Both the position numbers and the translations under genes were made by a program. A stretch of 64,000 nucleotides of DNA from Stegostoma tigrinum. Lineage: Eukaryota. Location: contig NC_081364.1 of assembly GCF_030684315.1 (NCBI RefSeq), forward strand, positions 16,273,286 to 16,337,285, given 5' to 3'. Positions within the stretch are counted from its first letter, which is position 1, and each line of letters opens with the position of its first letter. Shown in pieces: positions 13,101-26,234 of the stretch. Under the pieces are notes generated by a model. It made no database searches. It saw only the letters and a program-made list of their open reading frames with translations, and had not been told where the DNA came from.

Positions 13101-13689
13101 CACTAATAGTGTAGGTTAGATGGGCTTGAGATCGGTATGACAGGTCGGCACAACATCGAGGGCCAAAGGGCCTGTACTGTGCTGTAATGTTCTATGTTCT
13201 ATGTTCTACTAATCTCTTTGATTTACTTCTAAGTGATGATCTTACATTGCAGAATTGCTGAAAATGACTGAACCTGATAGAGTGAGCTTATTGGGCACCT
13301 TCTGCCGAGCAATCTTCATTTATGTCACCTCCTTGCACCACAATGCCATTGTTTCATCAAAGGATGTCAGAAAGGGGGAATGACCCCTTAACTAGCACGG
13401 ACATGCTGTCACTTCAATATATACGTCACTTTTTTCACATCTGGTAAGTCTTTGACTGACCGTATTTGTGAGATCTTCTCAGGATTTTGTCCTATGCTTC
13501 CTCAACTTTGACATGGGATTCTTCAAATTCTTCTGAGAAAAACCTCACCTGCTCTGGTGTCTCCACTGCTGACTTTTAGAATGAGCTTAGAATGGATTCT
13601 TCTGTTCATCATGTGAATTCAGGTCAGACTTAAAGATTTTTAATATAGTATTTATTAACAAGTTAAAAATGATGGCCATACAGCTCTCT

Positions 13690-14240
13690 GCTTTGGACTG
13701 TATTGGTTCTAATTTTCTCAGTTTGGGTCCCCCAACATAAGGAAGAATATACATTCTCCAGAGGGCATGAGATAGACATTCATTAATCTAATTTCTGGGG
13801 TGATGTGTATCCTATGATGAGGGATTGAGAAAAATGGGCCTGTATCATCTGGACTTTCGAAGAATAAGGGGTGATCACTTTGAAACAAAATATTTTTAAA
13901 GGGCTTAGAGAAGGTAGATACAGAGAAGACATCTCTCATGGCTTTAGAGCTTAGAATCAGGGGATACCATCTTGAAATAAGAGAAAAGATCTTTAGGACT
14001 GAAATGAGAAGGAATTGGTTCTCTCAGAGAATAGTGAACATTTGGAATTCTTTACTGCAATGAGTTGCAGAAGATCTATCATTGAATATATTAGAGATAA
14101 AAATTGATAGATTTCTAAATCCCATCAAAGGATAGAGGGATAGCACAGGAAAACGTGTTGGTGTAGATGATCAGCCAGGAGGTGGAATGGTGGCGCAAGC
14201 ATGAAGGGCTGAATGGCCTATTCCTCTCCTATGTTTCTAT
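13690..14240 (+). mobile_element. Degenerate CR1 3' part
   Basis: QFGSP..RK and G*SL remnants followed by a CR1-type 3' UTR. Confidence 0.7.
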
Positions 14241-14630
14241 GTGCTGTATTCTACATGACTAGTGATGTCACAGTTCCATCACAGTCAGCATACCACACAG
14301 GCTCAGCTGCATGTTCTTTAAATTCTATATCTACAGCGTGGCTCAAAAAATGTGGAAAAAGGAAGGAGATGGAAAAGCTTGTTAATATCATATGGCTTAG
14401 TGACAAAGAAATCCTTCAGTTCCTTGCAATTGCTATTGGAGGTAAGGTTGGAGGAGATAGGAGACAGAAATTTCATAAGACAGTTTGGAAGAAAGAAAAG
14501 TAATTGAATTTAATGTTATATACCAGTACAATCCTGGAATAATGAGAAGCTTTAGGATACATCCAGATCTGGAGGTGAATGATTAAGTCAGTTGCCCACT
14601 TTACCTTTTCAAGGCTATGTCTGTAGTAAT

Positions 14631-16210
14631 TGTAACGAGGTTGGCCAGATGAACCTCATAAAATATGAGTTCTATGATTGGGGGTGTTAATCTGGTCCAA
14701 TCAGGGAGTCCTGGCTGACAGATAAGAACAGGCATGTCAGACGTTCTATTTACTCAGAGAACTGGCTCTGAGGGACCTGGATCAGTGGTTAAGTACTCTC
14801 CATGTGTAAATAAAGATTGACTGAGTGATGTGACTCCAGCCTCTTTGGTGTTATTTCAGTGATGGTGAGAGAAAAGCACCTGTACAAATTATAAGCATTC
14901 CTTGCAAAAAGTTGTCATTATTTGGATAGCTTGAGTCATTCGACCCTGCCATCAAAGACTGGGTCCAGTGTGCGGAAAGAATGAGTTACTTTTTCGGGCA
15001 AATAACATTGGGTAAACAATTAGGAATTCTCCTGACACTTGTGAACTTCTAGATTTTTCAGTTATTATGAGTCTGACTTTCCTTGAGGCTCCTGGAACCA
15101 AAACCTTTCAAGAATTGACAGATTTAATTAAGGAATATTATGACCCCAAGCCTTCTCTAATTCTGAGTTGCTATTAGTTTTACCAGTACCAATATGAGAA
15201 CCAGAAGAATCCATAATGGGATTTTTGATGAAAATGACTGCCAGAGGCATGTAACTTTGGTTTAATTCTTAATGAGATGCTGAGAGACTGTTTGGTGTGT
15301 GGGATTAATCATGCAACCATGCAAAAGTGCCTACTAGCTGAAGTCCAACTCGACTTCATACAGGCACTACAACTGGGTTTATAATTGGAAAATGTGGGAA
15401 GTAGAGCATGAGTTGTTAGGTATTCTATGGGAGTGGACCCCCTCGCCTGAGCTTGCAGAACACGACTTGAATGAAAACAATTGCATAGCCACACGCAGGG
15501 CATATCCTGAACAGAGGAACTCCAGACCAGCCTGCAGCAAAACCCCAAAACAAAACTGTGCATTGGCCAAAAGGTTAAAATTTCTTTAGGATCTGGCTGG
15601 TAAGCCATTGTAGTTGCTGCCCATATGCACACTCGAGACTACAAAATTATCCCAATAAACCTAATGTGAGTGAGGGAACTCATAGGCCAGTATCTAGTTG
15701 AATGGACATCATGGAAATTTCACCTTCATCTGGTTTGCATTGACTTTTTAAAAAGAGTCATGCTTGAAAGTGAAACCCGAAAGAACTGCGGATGCTATAA
15801 ATCAGAAAAAAAAACAAAGTTACTGGAAAAGCACAGCAGGTTTGGCAGCATCTGTGAAGGCAAAAACGGAGTTAACGTTTCAGGTGTGGTGACCCTTCCT
15901 CAGCCTTGAAAATAGTTGTGCAGGCAAGCTTTGGCAATCAGGGAAGTGAAGAAACAGATATTACCCTTTAAGATGTTGACAGACTTTGATCCCAGGCAAG
16001 ATCAGGTATTGACATGTAATGCCTCCCCATAACGGTATCGGTATTAGTTCGCAGGTGGCCCAATGGAGAGGAATGTGCAATAGCATATGCATCGAGAGTT
16101 TTAGCTAATGCAGCGTGTAAATGTGCCTGGAAAGAGAAGGACTACTTGGAAGTCACATTTGGAATCAGGGAGTTCCACCAATATCTTTACAAATGTAATT
16201 TTGTAATAAT
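14631..16210 (+). mobile_element. Degenerate Gypsy (Mag-like) LTR element: 5' LTR 14631-14858, gag, RNase H fragment
   Basis: TG..CA LTR containing AATAAA. gag remnants FDPAIKDWVQCAERMSYFF and LNEMLRDCLVCGIN; RNase H remnant AIAYASRVL. Interrupted by a family C PLE end at about 15775-15903. Confidence 0.75.
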
Positions 16211-16211
16211 A

Positions 16212-16440
16212 ATTTTTTCACACAGAGGGTGGTGCATGTATGGTATCAGCTGCCAGAGAAAGTAGTGGAGGCTAGTACAATCACAACATTTAGAAGGTGT
16301 CTGGTTGGGTACATGAAAAGGAAGGGTTTGGAGGGATATTAGCTAAATGCTGGCAAATGGGGCTCAATTAATTTAGGATATCTTGTCGACATGGACGAGT
16401 TGGACCAAAATGTCTGTTTTCGTGCAACTCAATGATTCTC
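16212..16440 (+). mobile_element. CR1 3' end
   Basis: FFTQRVV..W..LP motif and 3' UTR. Confidence 0.7.
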
Positions 16441-17900
16441 TCTGAGGATAAAAGATGTTTATATGATAATTTGTAGGCAATGGGGAAAAGGAAGGGAATT
16501 GGAACTATATGATTTTTTTCTTGCAGGGAGAAAGATGGTCTGAATGAATCCCTCTGTTGTTACCATTCTACAATTTTAAGAAAGATGGGAAGCTGCTGTT
16601 GGGCAAATCAGCAGCTGCAGAAATGTAGTAAATGGAGGGCCAGAAGGTAGATAGTCAGGATTTTGATTGAATGTTAAAAGCATTTGAAACTGATAGTTGT
16701 GAGGATTGGATGTGGACAGGTATGGCCATTTTGAAGTCATGTAAGCGGATGTCCACTTTACAGGCACTAATAAGGTATGGTGATAGAAGGAAACCTCCCA
16801 GGCAGGAACAGAGCAGGTAGTACCTCGGTGACCTAGATCAGGCAAAAAGGTGCCTCTGAAATCCAAAGATGATTGGGAGAAAGAAACATGTAAATGATGG
16901 AGAGAAGTCACCTACACATGGAGCAGGATGATCTTGAACATGTGAGTAGAGGTCTCAGAAATACAGGAAAGACAATGCAGGAAAATAAAACTTTCAGTCA
17001 TGAAGCATCATGGATGTTCCGAGCAAAGGCAAGCTTCGAGCAAATAGTTTCTCCTATTGTCTTTGCATCAGTTTTAGAAATAAGAAAAATTATAGATAAC
17101 TCCAAAATGTCAACTTACTCATGGAAAAGTAACAAAATACACACTCAGCATGTGTTCATGAAACAGAGAAATAGAAATGTTTGCAAAAGAAGAGAAAGCC
17201 AAGATAAAGCTGTGGAGGATATTAAAGCTATTTACACTGATTAATGTCAACTGCTGTTGTTTAGTCCTACTTGTAAATGATCATATGTTTATGGTTATAA
17301 TTACTGCCTTGTAACCACTCCTGGATACCCATTAGCTGCACTGAATGTGAAATGAGCTTATGAAAACATTCTACTCATTATGTTCGTCACATATTTATGT
17401 ACTTGCTTCACTTCAAAGTGTTCCAATACTATCTAGATGGTATTTTCATATATCAGCAGGAAACAGTGCTAGAATATTTAATTTTTCCTAAAGGAAAATT
17501 ATTTTCTGTCTTGGGTAAGATAAAGGACAAAGGAGAGGGATTTTTGAGTGACATCAACCTGTTTCGGTCCCCATGTTTGATGCAATCCCATTTCTTTCCC
17601 TAATTACTTATCTTTCCTGAAATGTTATGACCTGTTGCGGCTCTATTCCACCCTTATTATCCCTTCTTTTCCTGTGGCAGATTTTTTTTGAAGATCGCTA
17701 TTTATTTGCAGCTCTGAAATTTAACATTTATGAATGTTACCAGGTATAATATGAACTTGGTTGAATTATTTACTCCCTATTTACCAGGTACCCAACAGCT
17801 TTAAAAATATTTTGGCAGCATTAGTTGGAGGAGATAAATTGTTTTAGAATAACATGACAAATCTGCATCAATTTTTGAGAAATACATCTGTCAAATTTAT

Positions 17901-18107
17901 AGATAATAAAATGTGAGGCTGGATGAACACAGCAGGCCCAGCAGCATCTCAGGAGCACAAAAGCTGACGTTTCGGGCCTAGACCCTTCATCAAGGCCCGA
18001 AACGTCAGCTTTTGTGCTCCTGAGATGCTGCTGGGCCTGCTGTGTTCATCCAGCCTCACATTTTATTATCTTGGATTCTCCAGCATCTGCAGTTCCCATT
18101 ATCACTG
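17901..18107. mobile_element. Palindromic mini-PLE, family A
   Basis: Inverted arms that share a private variant (ggcccagcagc); TSD caaatttata. Confidence 0.9.
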
Positions 18108-18129
18108 CCAAATTTATATTTTTGTTCTG

Positions 18130-21100
18130 GACTAATCCCACTAGCTAAGACCCAGCACACCCAGTCTAGGTTTCTTGGAACATGCAATTTCTGATTAAAA
18201 ATGTGAGCAAGAAATCTGCCGTTTTGTGACTAGTGAAGTAGGTGATGATAGCTAGAGGGTGACCTCTCTGCTCGTTTGCAATCTATTATGGTGCAAATCC
18301 CTTAATCACCACTTGGGGCCTCTACTGTCTATATTTGGTCAGTTTGGCACCACATCATATAAATAAAGAGTGGTCAGTACTTCAACGCAACATAGCATTG
18401 TGTTTTAGGAAAAAAACAGGTCAGGAAATACTTGTGGAAGAGAAACAACATTAATGACTGAAATTGTTTGTGGTCTTTGCGGTTGGGCCGATAGGTGGGA
18501 GGGTTGGCAACTGCCTGGGAAGGCATCGGGGGTCTGTAGAATGTCTTCTAGCTGCCATGCCATGTTGCCAGTGGCAGGAATGTTGGTGCCCACTGTGAGA
18601 CCAATTGAACAACTCAAGTAGCCTCCCACTAAAGGGGAGAATGCCCTGTGAAACCTCCCACTCAGCTTCAGGAAGCCCACCATTATGGGCAATTCATGAC
18701 CCATGGAGAGACCCATAAGTGGCAGAAGAAGTGAATGCACCTTTGCCAAGTTTTGTGGATGACCCAGAAATAGGTGGGAAGGAAGTGGTGAGGATGAAAC
18801 AGAATCTTTACAAAATGGAACTGGGATATAGTCTCCAACAATCCCAGTTATCAACACGTTGACCTTCATTGCACTGTTTGGAGGAAAAACAAAATTCTCT
18901 TCAAGAAGAGAGTGTGTTGCCCCTGTATCTCTTAGAAAAATTATAGGCATGGCTTCTTCTTTTGAAGAGAAAGGGGTTAACAGCCTTTTGCAAAAACATA
19001 TCTCTCATCTACCTCAATACTACTGCCTTCAAAAGAATTGCTCCAAGCCACTCACCATCCTGATTCGGAAATATATCGCCCTCCCTTCACTGTCCCTGGT
19101 TCAAAATCCTAAAATCCCGTCTGAAATGGCATTGTGGGTCAGCCCACAGCAGGTTCAAGAAGGCAGCTCACCACCATCTTCTCAAGGACAACATGGGATG
19201 GGCAATAAATGCTGGCCAGCCAGCGATACCCACATCCTATGAATGAATTTTTACAAAAGTACTTTCTCTGTACTCACAGCACTGTCTGCCTCTGGCCTAT
19301 TATTGCAGCTAAAACTACAATGCCATCTCCGATAGGTCAGTGTGTTTTCTCCTCAATATGAATAAATATGTTTCACCTTTTTAGAATGAAAACACTTCAG
19401 CTTCTAATTTCCATCTCCACTCTCACTACTTTCCCCTTTGACCTAAGGGGGAGACTTTCAGACATTCCCAGCTATACAGCTATTTACCGTGGCTACTTTC
19501 TTTCCTGTCACTCTCCCATTTTCTATCCTTTTGAATTTAAAATGATTAGCTCATAATCATCGGCCATTATTACTGCCTGTCTAGCAATTGCTGCAATCTT
19601 TTAGTTCTTAATGCAAGTTCTTATTATGGAAGGTCATGTGTTTTGCAATTCTTTTGAGAGAATTATCTCACTGAAAGCTTCATAGGTGGTTTCATCCTCT
19701 GAAGCTCACATCCATCTGTTAAAATGACTGTACTTAACCCTTTCAAATTCAATATAGGTTTGTCCAGGCTGTGTCCTTATATTCTAAAATCTTTGTCTAT
19801 ATGCCTCAGGCACTAAAATGTATGCAGGCAATGTAATTTTCTTTATTGCATCATAATCCCGGGAACCTTCTCTGATAGTGAAGCATTAATTTCCTCTGCC
19901 TTACCTGTCAACTTAATTTGTATGAGTGATGTTCAGTTCTCTTTTGTCCAATTCATTTGTCCAGCTACTTTCTGGTGTCATGAATAATGCGTGCACATCC
20001 TTTTCTTCAAGTTTTGGTGGACCCTATGTAAACTTTGCATATTTCCTTACTGGAATTCAAATCATGACTCAGATTCTCCCCATTAGGGACGAAATCAATA
20101 TCTGATGTCTCCTATTCCAATAGCATGATTTTAACTTAAACTCACATACCATCACTTTCTGAGATAGTAGGAGCTGCAGATGCTGAGGAATCTGACATAA
20201 CAAGGTGTAGAGCTGGATGATCACAGCAGGCCAATCATGATCAATTTTTTTTGCTTTTTCTGAAGAAGGCCCGAAATGTCAGCCTTCATGTTCCTCTGAT
20301 GCTGCTTAGCCTGCCGTGATCAACCAGCTCTATACCTTGTTATCTCTGCCTTCACTTTCTCTTCTGTTTCCATTTCTAATTCTAGTTTTGTCCATTTCCT
20401 TGTCTTCTTCATTCTTTCTCATTTCTTAAACTTTTTTTTGCTTTCTCTGCCCTTTTCGTCCATTTGGAATTACATCTCAAGCTATTTAATTCCCTCCTCA
20501 TGTTCAAGCTCCTTTAACTGTAACCAATTGTCACTCGATTCTGATGTTTCAGTATCCCGTGTACCTGTCCACTCTTTTATTTCCAATAAATCCATGTGCT
20601 GTGCCAAGCTGGTACCTCAATTATTTCTGCCTTCCTTGCTTTACCAGCTCCTGTTTACTTGCCAAGTCGATCAACTTATCGAAGAAGAAATTCTCCTACC
20701 TGCAGGAAATTCTTTGCCATTTCTTAAATGCAATACAGACCTGGTGTTTTCCTTCACCTGTATTATTTATAATACCACTGCCAAATCCTTGCTATCTCTA
20801 TTTTATATCTATCTTAGATGAGCCTCCAAATGTTGTTATGTCTTACTGGGATAGCATGCTGGCAATGGAATCCTGACATACATGGTGTTGGCACAGTAAT
20901 TAAAAATATGTAGAATTCCCCAATTTACCTTATTTTCAGACTCAGGTTAACAGAAAGCACAGACCAGATTTCTGTATTTAATAAGAATGACTATTTATTA
21001 CAGTAGACTCTAGATAAGCAATTATGACCCATCTAGTAGTTAAAACTCTAATTCCTTTATAAACTCCCCTTACTCACACAAAAAAATGGTTGTCATGGAC

Positions 21101-21500
21101 AGAGGGAAAACTGTGAAATCCGTTCAGCGGTCTCCGTTCATAGGCTCTTATCAGATGGTTCTTGTGCTGATCAGAATGCTGCTTCGCATTCTTCCTTCAT
21201 CAGATATATTCATTAGTGTTAAGAGGCTCAGGATGGCTGATTTACAATTAGAGGTAAAGATAAACTGCTCTTCTTCAGGTTTACAGAGTCTTTTTTTAAT
21301 TGCCGAAACAGAGAGAAGTCCTGAGCTGTTGGAGATCTGATAGCATCTCCCTATTTTGCTACAGACCATCTGGGAACCAATCACATGGTCGTTGGTAAGT
21401 AGACGACTTTGATGACTGGTACTCGTCCACATATTAATCCGTTACATGTCACTGGGTGAATCTCTATTTGTGCATATCTTTGGCTCCAGCTCATCTGCAT
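18130..21500 (-). mobile_element. Degenerate Gypsy element (Gmr1-like, SCAN-related gag) with nested insertions
   Basis: Protease LRDTGATHSLL; gag KLTGKAEE..ASLS and LVPEAYRQRF; PBS-like TGGAGGCTC after ..CA near 20830; putative LTR about 20831-21500. Nested LINE tail at 19030-19250. Confidence 0.7.
20161..20347. mobile_element. Palindromic mini-PLE, family B
   Basis: Inverted arms plus tail; flanking direct repeat tcactttct. Confidence 0.75.
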
Positions 21501-23392
21501 GTTACACTTGAACTATGACTTTAACCAACAGCTATGCAAAAGGTGCGTACAATGAATATCATGTTGATTGTTTTTTAAAACATGCAGGAATCTTTCAGAA
21601 AACACTAGAAGATCTTCAGGCAAGATTTTCAATGAGGAGCAGTTGGAAAATTATTTGTTTTTCCAGTAATCAGCACATAATCCACAGATCTTTTTGATCT
21701 TTTGATTTTTCACTTCTAAGAAATTATATGATAATACTTCTTCAACACAGAAATTTCCAAATAGTTCCAGTATTTCAAATAGTCCAGAAAAATATATTCC
21801 TAGGAGTTTGAGACCAGAAGACCAAACAAAGATTTTCTGCTTGACAGGAGCATCAGATTTTGAGTAGGAGCATGCAGAGGCAGGAATCAAGATGCAATAT
21901 CCAGGGTCCAGGGAGACTCTGTGCTTTAGCCAGGAGTTGTGCCACTGTGCCTGTGTTGTGTTAGAGCCAAAAACACTGTTTTGGACAGTCCCTCAATACT
22001 TCAGGGGCAGATCAGTGTGCCTGGAATGGGTGCAAAGTTGCTATCCTGAAGTTAGAGGTGGAGTGGCTGAGCACGAGTTGGTGGTGGTCTCACTATCTTT
22101 GAGCGGGTCTCAGGCGAGGACTAAAACCAGAGCTCACAAATTCTATCCTCTGGCTGTGATAGCAGGTATATAACATAGAGGGTGCTTCAATATGGAAACA
22201 CTGTTTCACCAACTCTTGCATAAATTACGGATATAGCTCATGGACACCACTGTTAAAGAAGTAATGAGAGGGTCCTCTCCAGAAGGTGGCATGTAACTGC
22301 TCTCACATGGAGGCAGAGAAAGCCTCCAGACCTGCTAGGACACTGGCCTGTCACGAGTTGTCCACCTGCAGAGCCTGAAGTAGCCACCTCTGTATGTGGG
22401 GAAATTGGACACTGACTTGAAGATTTCAGCCTGCCTCTGTTCATTACATATAAAATTGTTTTAAGAAATCTAATTACCTACGCACCACATTCCCACCCCA
22501 CTCCCACTGATCTCCCACCACCACCCGCAGCAGCAGTTTTGGATCCCATCCATTTCTATGTCCACCCTTTACCCAATTCATCCCAAAATTCAGCCCATAT
22601 TACAGGAAACTCTGTTACATATTCCAATTCAGGCTGCATCAAATTTGTGATGCGGCAGTGTTTGGTGCTGTAGTTATTTGGACCAAACTGTTGAATTCAT
22701 GACTAAAGAGTGGAGCTAGAATCAAAATTTGTAACTCGCCATGGTTTTGAGAAACCCTGATTTGCCCTTGTTATGAGGTTATCAGTAACCGACTGCACTG
22801 TCCCCTTATAAAGGGATCTCTCCTATGGATCCAGCATAGGAAGAGTTAACATGCACCTCCCTTTAATTCCCATGTCAGTTTCAATCATGGCACCAACTTT
22901 CACTGTATCTGTTATTTCACTCTGCTCTCCTGTCCCCACACTTCACCATCTCCCTCCTCTTGCCCTCCAAAACAGATGGTAAAGACCAGCCCTTGGTGAG
23001 GAAGGGGATGATGATTCAGTGATTAAATAGGAAATGTGCCAGCAAAAGAATTAAGTCAATGTTATTGTCACCATTAGCAGAATACATGAGAGCCACTTCA
23101 TGCCAGTAAGCTAAGCAATAGCCTGTTCTCTCAACTGGTGCAATATCTTTTATTTAAAAGTCAGAGAAATACATTAAGATAACAAGAAAATTGAAAAGAA
23201 AACCGAGTTGCACATTTCTGTTTAAAATATAAAGAAGTAGGACATGCATGAGAAACAAGACAAACAACAAGGGTGGGAACTAGAAGAAAGAAGGAGACAA
23301 TGACAGACAAGAGAAAGGGAAATGCTGAAAGATTACAAAAGACAAGCTAGGAATTCTTTGTGAATCCCCTCAAGTAATACTAAATAAATAGG

Positions 23393-23702
23393 GGTAGGTG
23401 GTGGTGGAGTAGTAGAAATGTCAGTGGACTAGTATTTCAGAACACAAAGCTAATGATCTGGGAACATGGGTTCAAATGGCACCGTGGCAGATGGTGAAAT
23501 TTGAATGAAAACTTCTGCAATTAAAAGCCAGTCCAATGGTGACCACTTAACCACTGTTGATTGTTGTAAAAGCCCTTATGGTTCACTAACATCCTTTAGA
23601 GAAAAAAGGTCTATCATCCTGACCTGGTCCGACCTCAGGTGAATCCTGGCTCACAGCAATGTGGTCACCTCTCAAATGGCCAAGACAGCTAGCTACTCAG
23701 TT
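23393..23702 (+). mobile_element. tRNA-head SINE / LINE 5' region copy
   Basis: Homologous to 1355-1630 and 61134-61425. Confidence 0.65.
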
Positions 23703-24492
23703 GATTGATTCATTGTAATGTGTACCTAAGTACAGTGAAAAGCTTTGTTTGTGAGCAGTACAGGCAGATCATAGTAAACAAGGACATACAGATCATAAGG
23801 TGAAAAAAAAACTTGGATAGAGTGAGGTATACAGGTTACACCGCACAGGACATGTGCGAAGCAAGATCAACATTATTTGAAGTTAGAGAATCCATTCATC
23901 AATCTAATCATCGTAGGGATGAAGCTGTTCTTGAACCTGCTGGTGCATGTGTCTAAACTTCTGTATCTTCCGCCTGTTGGAAGAGGTTGTAGGAGAGCAT
24001 TACCGGGATGGGAGGGGTGTTTGATGATGTTGGCAGCCTTTCCATGGTAGTGAGAGGTGTAAATGGATCTCATGGATGGGAAGTTGGCTTCCTGATGGTC
24101 TGGGCTGTGCACCTTCTGTAGTTTCTTACGTTCCTGAGCAGAGCAGTTGCTGTATCAGGCCATTATGCTCTCTGAGTTTGGTGAGGGACCTTTAGGACAT
24201 GCCAAATTTCCTGAGCCACCTTAAGAAGAAGAGGTGTTGTCATGCCTTCTTGACTGTAGTATTTATGTGTGACGTCCAGGACAGGTTGTTAGTTATCATC
24301 ACTCCTCGGAAATAGATGCTGTCAATCCTCTCAATCTCCGTTCCGTTGATGTAGATGGGGGAGTGTTCTCCTCCTTTCTTTCTGAAGTCAATGATCAGTT
24401 CTTTAGTTTCACTAACATTGAGAGAGAGGGTCGTTACCATTGCATCACGTCACCAAGCCCTGTATTTCCTTTCTGTATTCTGAATCATCATT

Positions 24493-25648
24493 AAAAACTG
24501 AAAGAACTGCAGATGCTATAAATCAGCAACAAAAACAGAAGTTTCTGGAAAAGCTCAGCAGGTCTGGCAGCATCTGTGGAGAAAGAATCAGAGTTAATAG
24601 TTCAGGTCCGGTGATTCTTCCTCAGAACTGAGGTTCTGGGGAAGCATCACTGGACACAAAACGTTAACTCTGATATTTTTCTCCACAGATGCTGTCATAA
24701 GACCATAAAACATTGGAGTGGAAGTAAGGCCATTCGGCCCATCAAGTCCACTCCGCCATTTAAATCATGGCTGATGGGCATGTCAACACCACTTCCTTGC
24801 ACTCTCCCCGTAGCCCTTGCTTCCTTCTGAGATCAAGAATTTGTCGATCTCTGCCTTGAAGGCATCCAACGTCCCAGCCGCCACTGCACTCCGTGGCAAT
24901 GAATTCCACAAGCCCACCACTCTCTGGCTGAAGAAATGTCATCTCATTTCAGTTTTAAATTTACCCCCTCTAATTTTAAGACTGTGCCCACGGGTCCTAG
25001 TCTCCCCACCTAACAGAAACAACTTCCTAGCGTCCACCCCTTCTAAACCATACATTATTTTGTAAGTTTCTATTAGATCTCCCCTCAACCTTCTAAACTC
25101 TAATGAGTACAATCCCAGGATCCTTAGCCGTTCATCATACGTTAAACCTACCATTCCAGGGATCATCCGTGTGAATCTCCGCTGGACACGCTCCAGGACT
25201 AGTATGTCCTTCCTGAGGTGTGGGGCCCAAAATTGGACACAGTATTCTAAATGGGGCCTAACTAGAGCTTTATAAAGCCTCACAAGCACATCGCTGCTTT
25301 TATATTCCAAACCTCTTGAGATAAATGACAACATTACATTCGCTTTCTTAATTACGGACTCTGCCTGCAAGTTAACCTTTCGAGAATCCTGGACCAACAC
25401 TCCCAGATCCCTTTGTATTTCTGATTTGTGAATTTTCTCACCATTTAGAAAATAGTCTATGCCTGTATTCTTTTTTCCAAAGTGCAAAACCTCACATTTA
25501 CTCACATTGAAATTCATCAGCCATTTCCTGGACCACTCTCCTAAACTGTCTAAATCTTTCTGCTGCTTCCCCACCTCCTCAATACTACCTGCCTGTCCAC
25601 CTATCTACGTATCATCCAGACCCATTAAACTTTTCCAGCAACTTCTGC
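24493..25648. mobile_element. Palindromic mini-PLE, family C (24493-24694 and 25617-25648), split by a CR1
   Basis: The arm cacagatgctg|ccagacc is interrupted; TSD atcatcatt. Confidence 0.75.
24695..25616 (-). mobile_element. Young CR1 3' part (RT C-terminal ORF 24939-25574)
   Basis: [31 protein letters not shown]; (ttatgg)n-like tail. Confidence 0.9.
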
Positions 25649-26234
25649 ATCATCATTGCTTGATATCCGTCCTGCCACGGTGGTGTTATCAGCAAACCTG
25701 TAGATGGCGTTCATTTGGAATTTGCAGCACAGTCATGGTTGTACAGGGAGTACAGTAGGGGGCTGAGAATGCATCTTTGCAGGGAGCTCCAGTGATATTG
25801 TGGAGGAGATGTCTATCTTCACAGATTGTGGCCTATGAGTCAGAAAGCTGAAGCTCCAGTTGCAGAGGGCAGAGCTGAGACCAAGGTCCAGGGCAATGAA
25901 TAGCAACATTGCCACATTCCATACAAGAATAAACAAAATGAAATTTGATATTAAGTGGTGACTTGTTTGATAAAGAGTAATGAATATTCATAATTTTTCA
26001 TGTTCCTCTTTTACACTTTCTAGATTCTTGCATATTCAATCTCTTCCACTCTCTGCTCCGTTACTATTTAATGCAGCATAAATGACAGATACAAAAGCAA
26101 AAACTGTTGGAAACAGTCTGTGGAGAGAGAACAGTGTTAATGGGTGGAATTTTCTGATCTCACTTTGACCTTTTAAAAGGGCACGTGAGGGGAAGCTAAT
26201 TGGGCAAGATGCCAAATTTCAGTTTAGGAAAATA

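Larger units (their letters stand above)
23703..25900 (-). mobile_element. Rex1/Babar-like LINE (23703-24492 and 25649-25900) with nested insertions
   Basis: LSLNVSETKELIIDFRK..PIYING..LSWTSH; the sequence continues past the insertions (FADNTT-like remnant). Confidence 0.78.
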
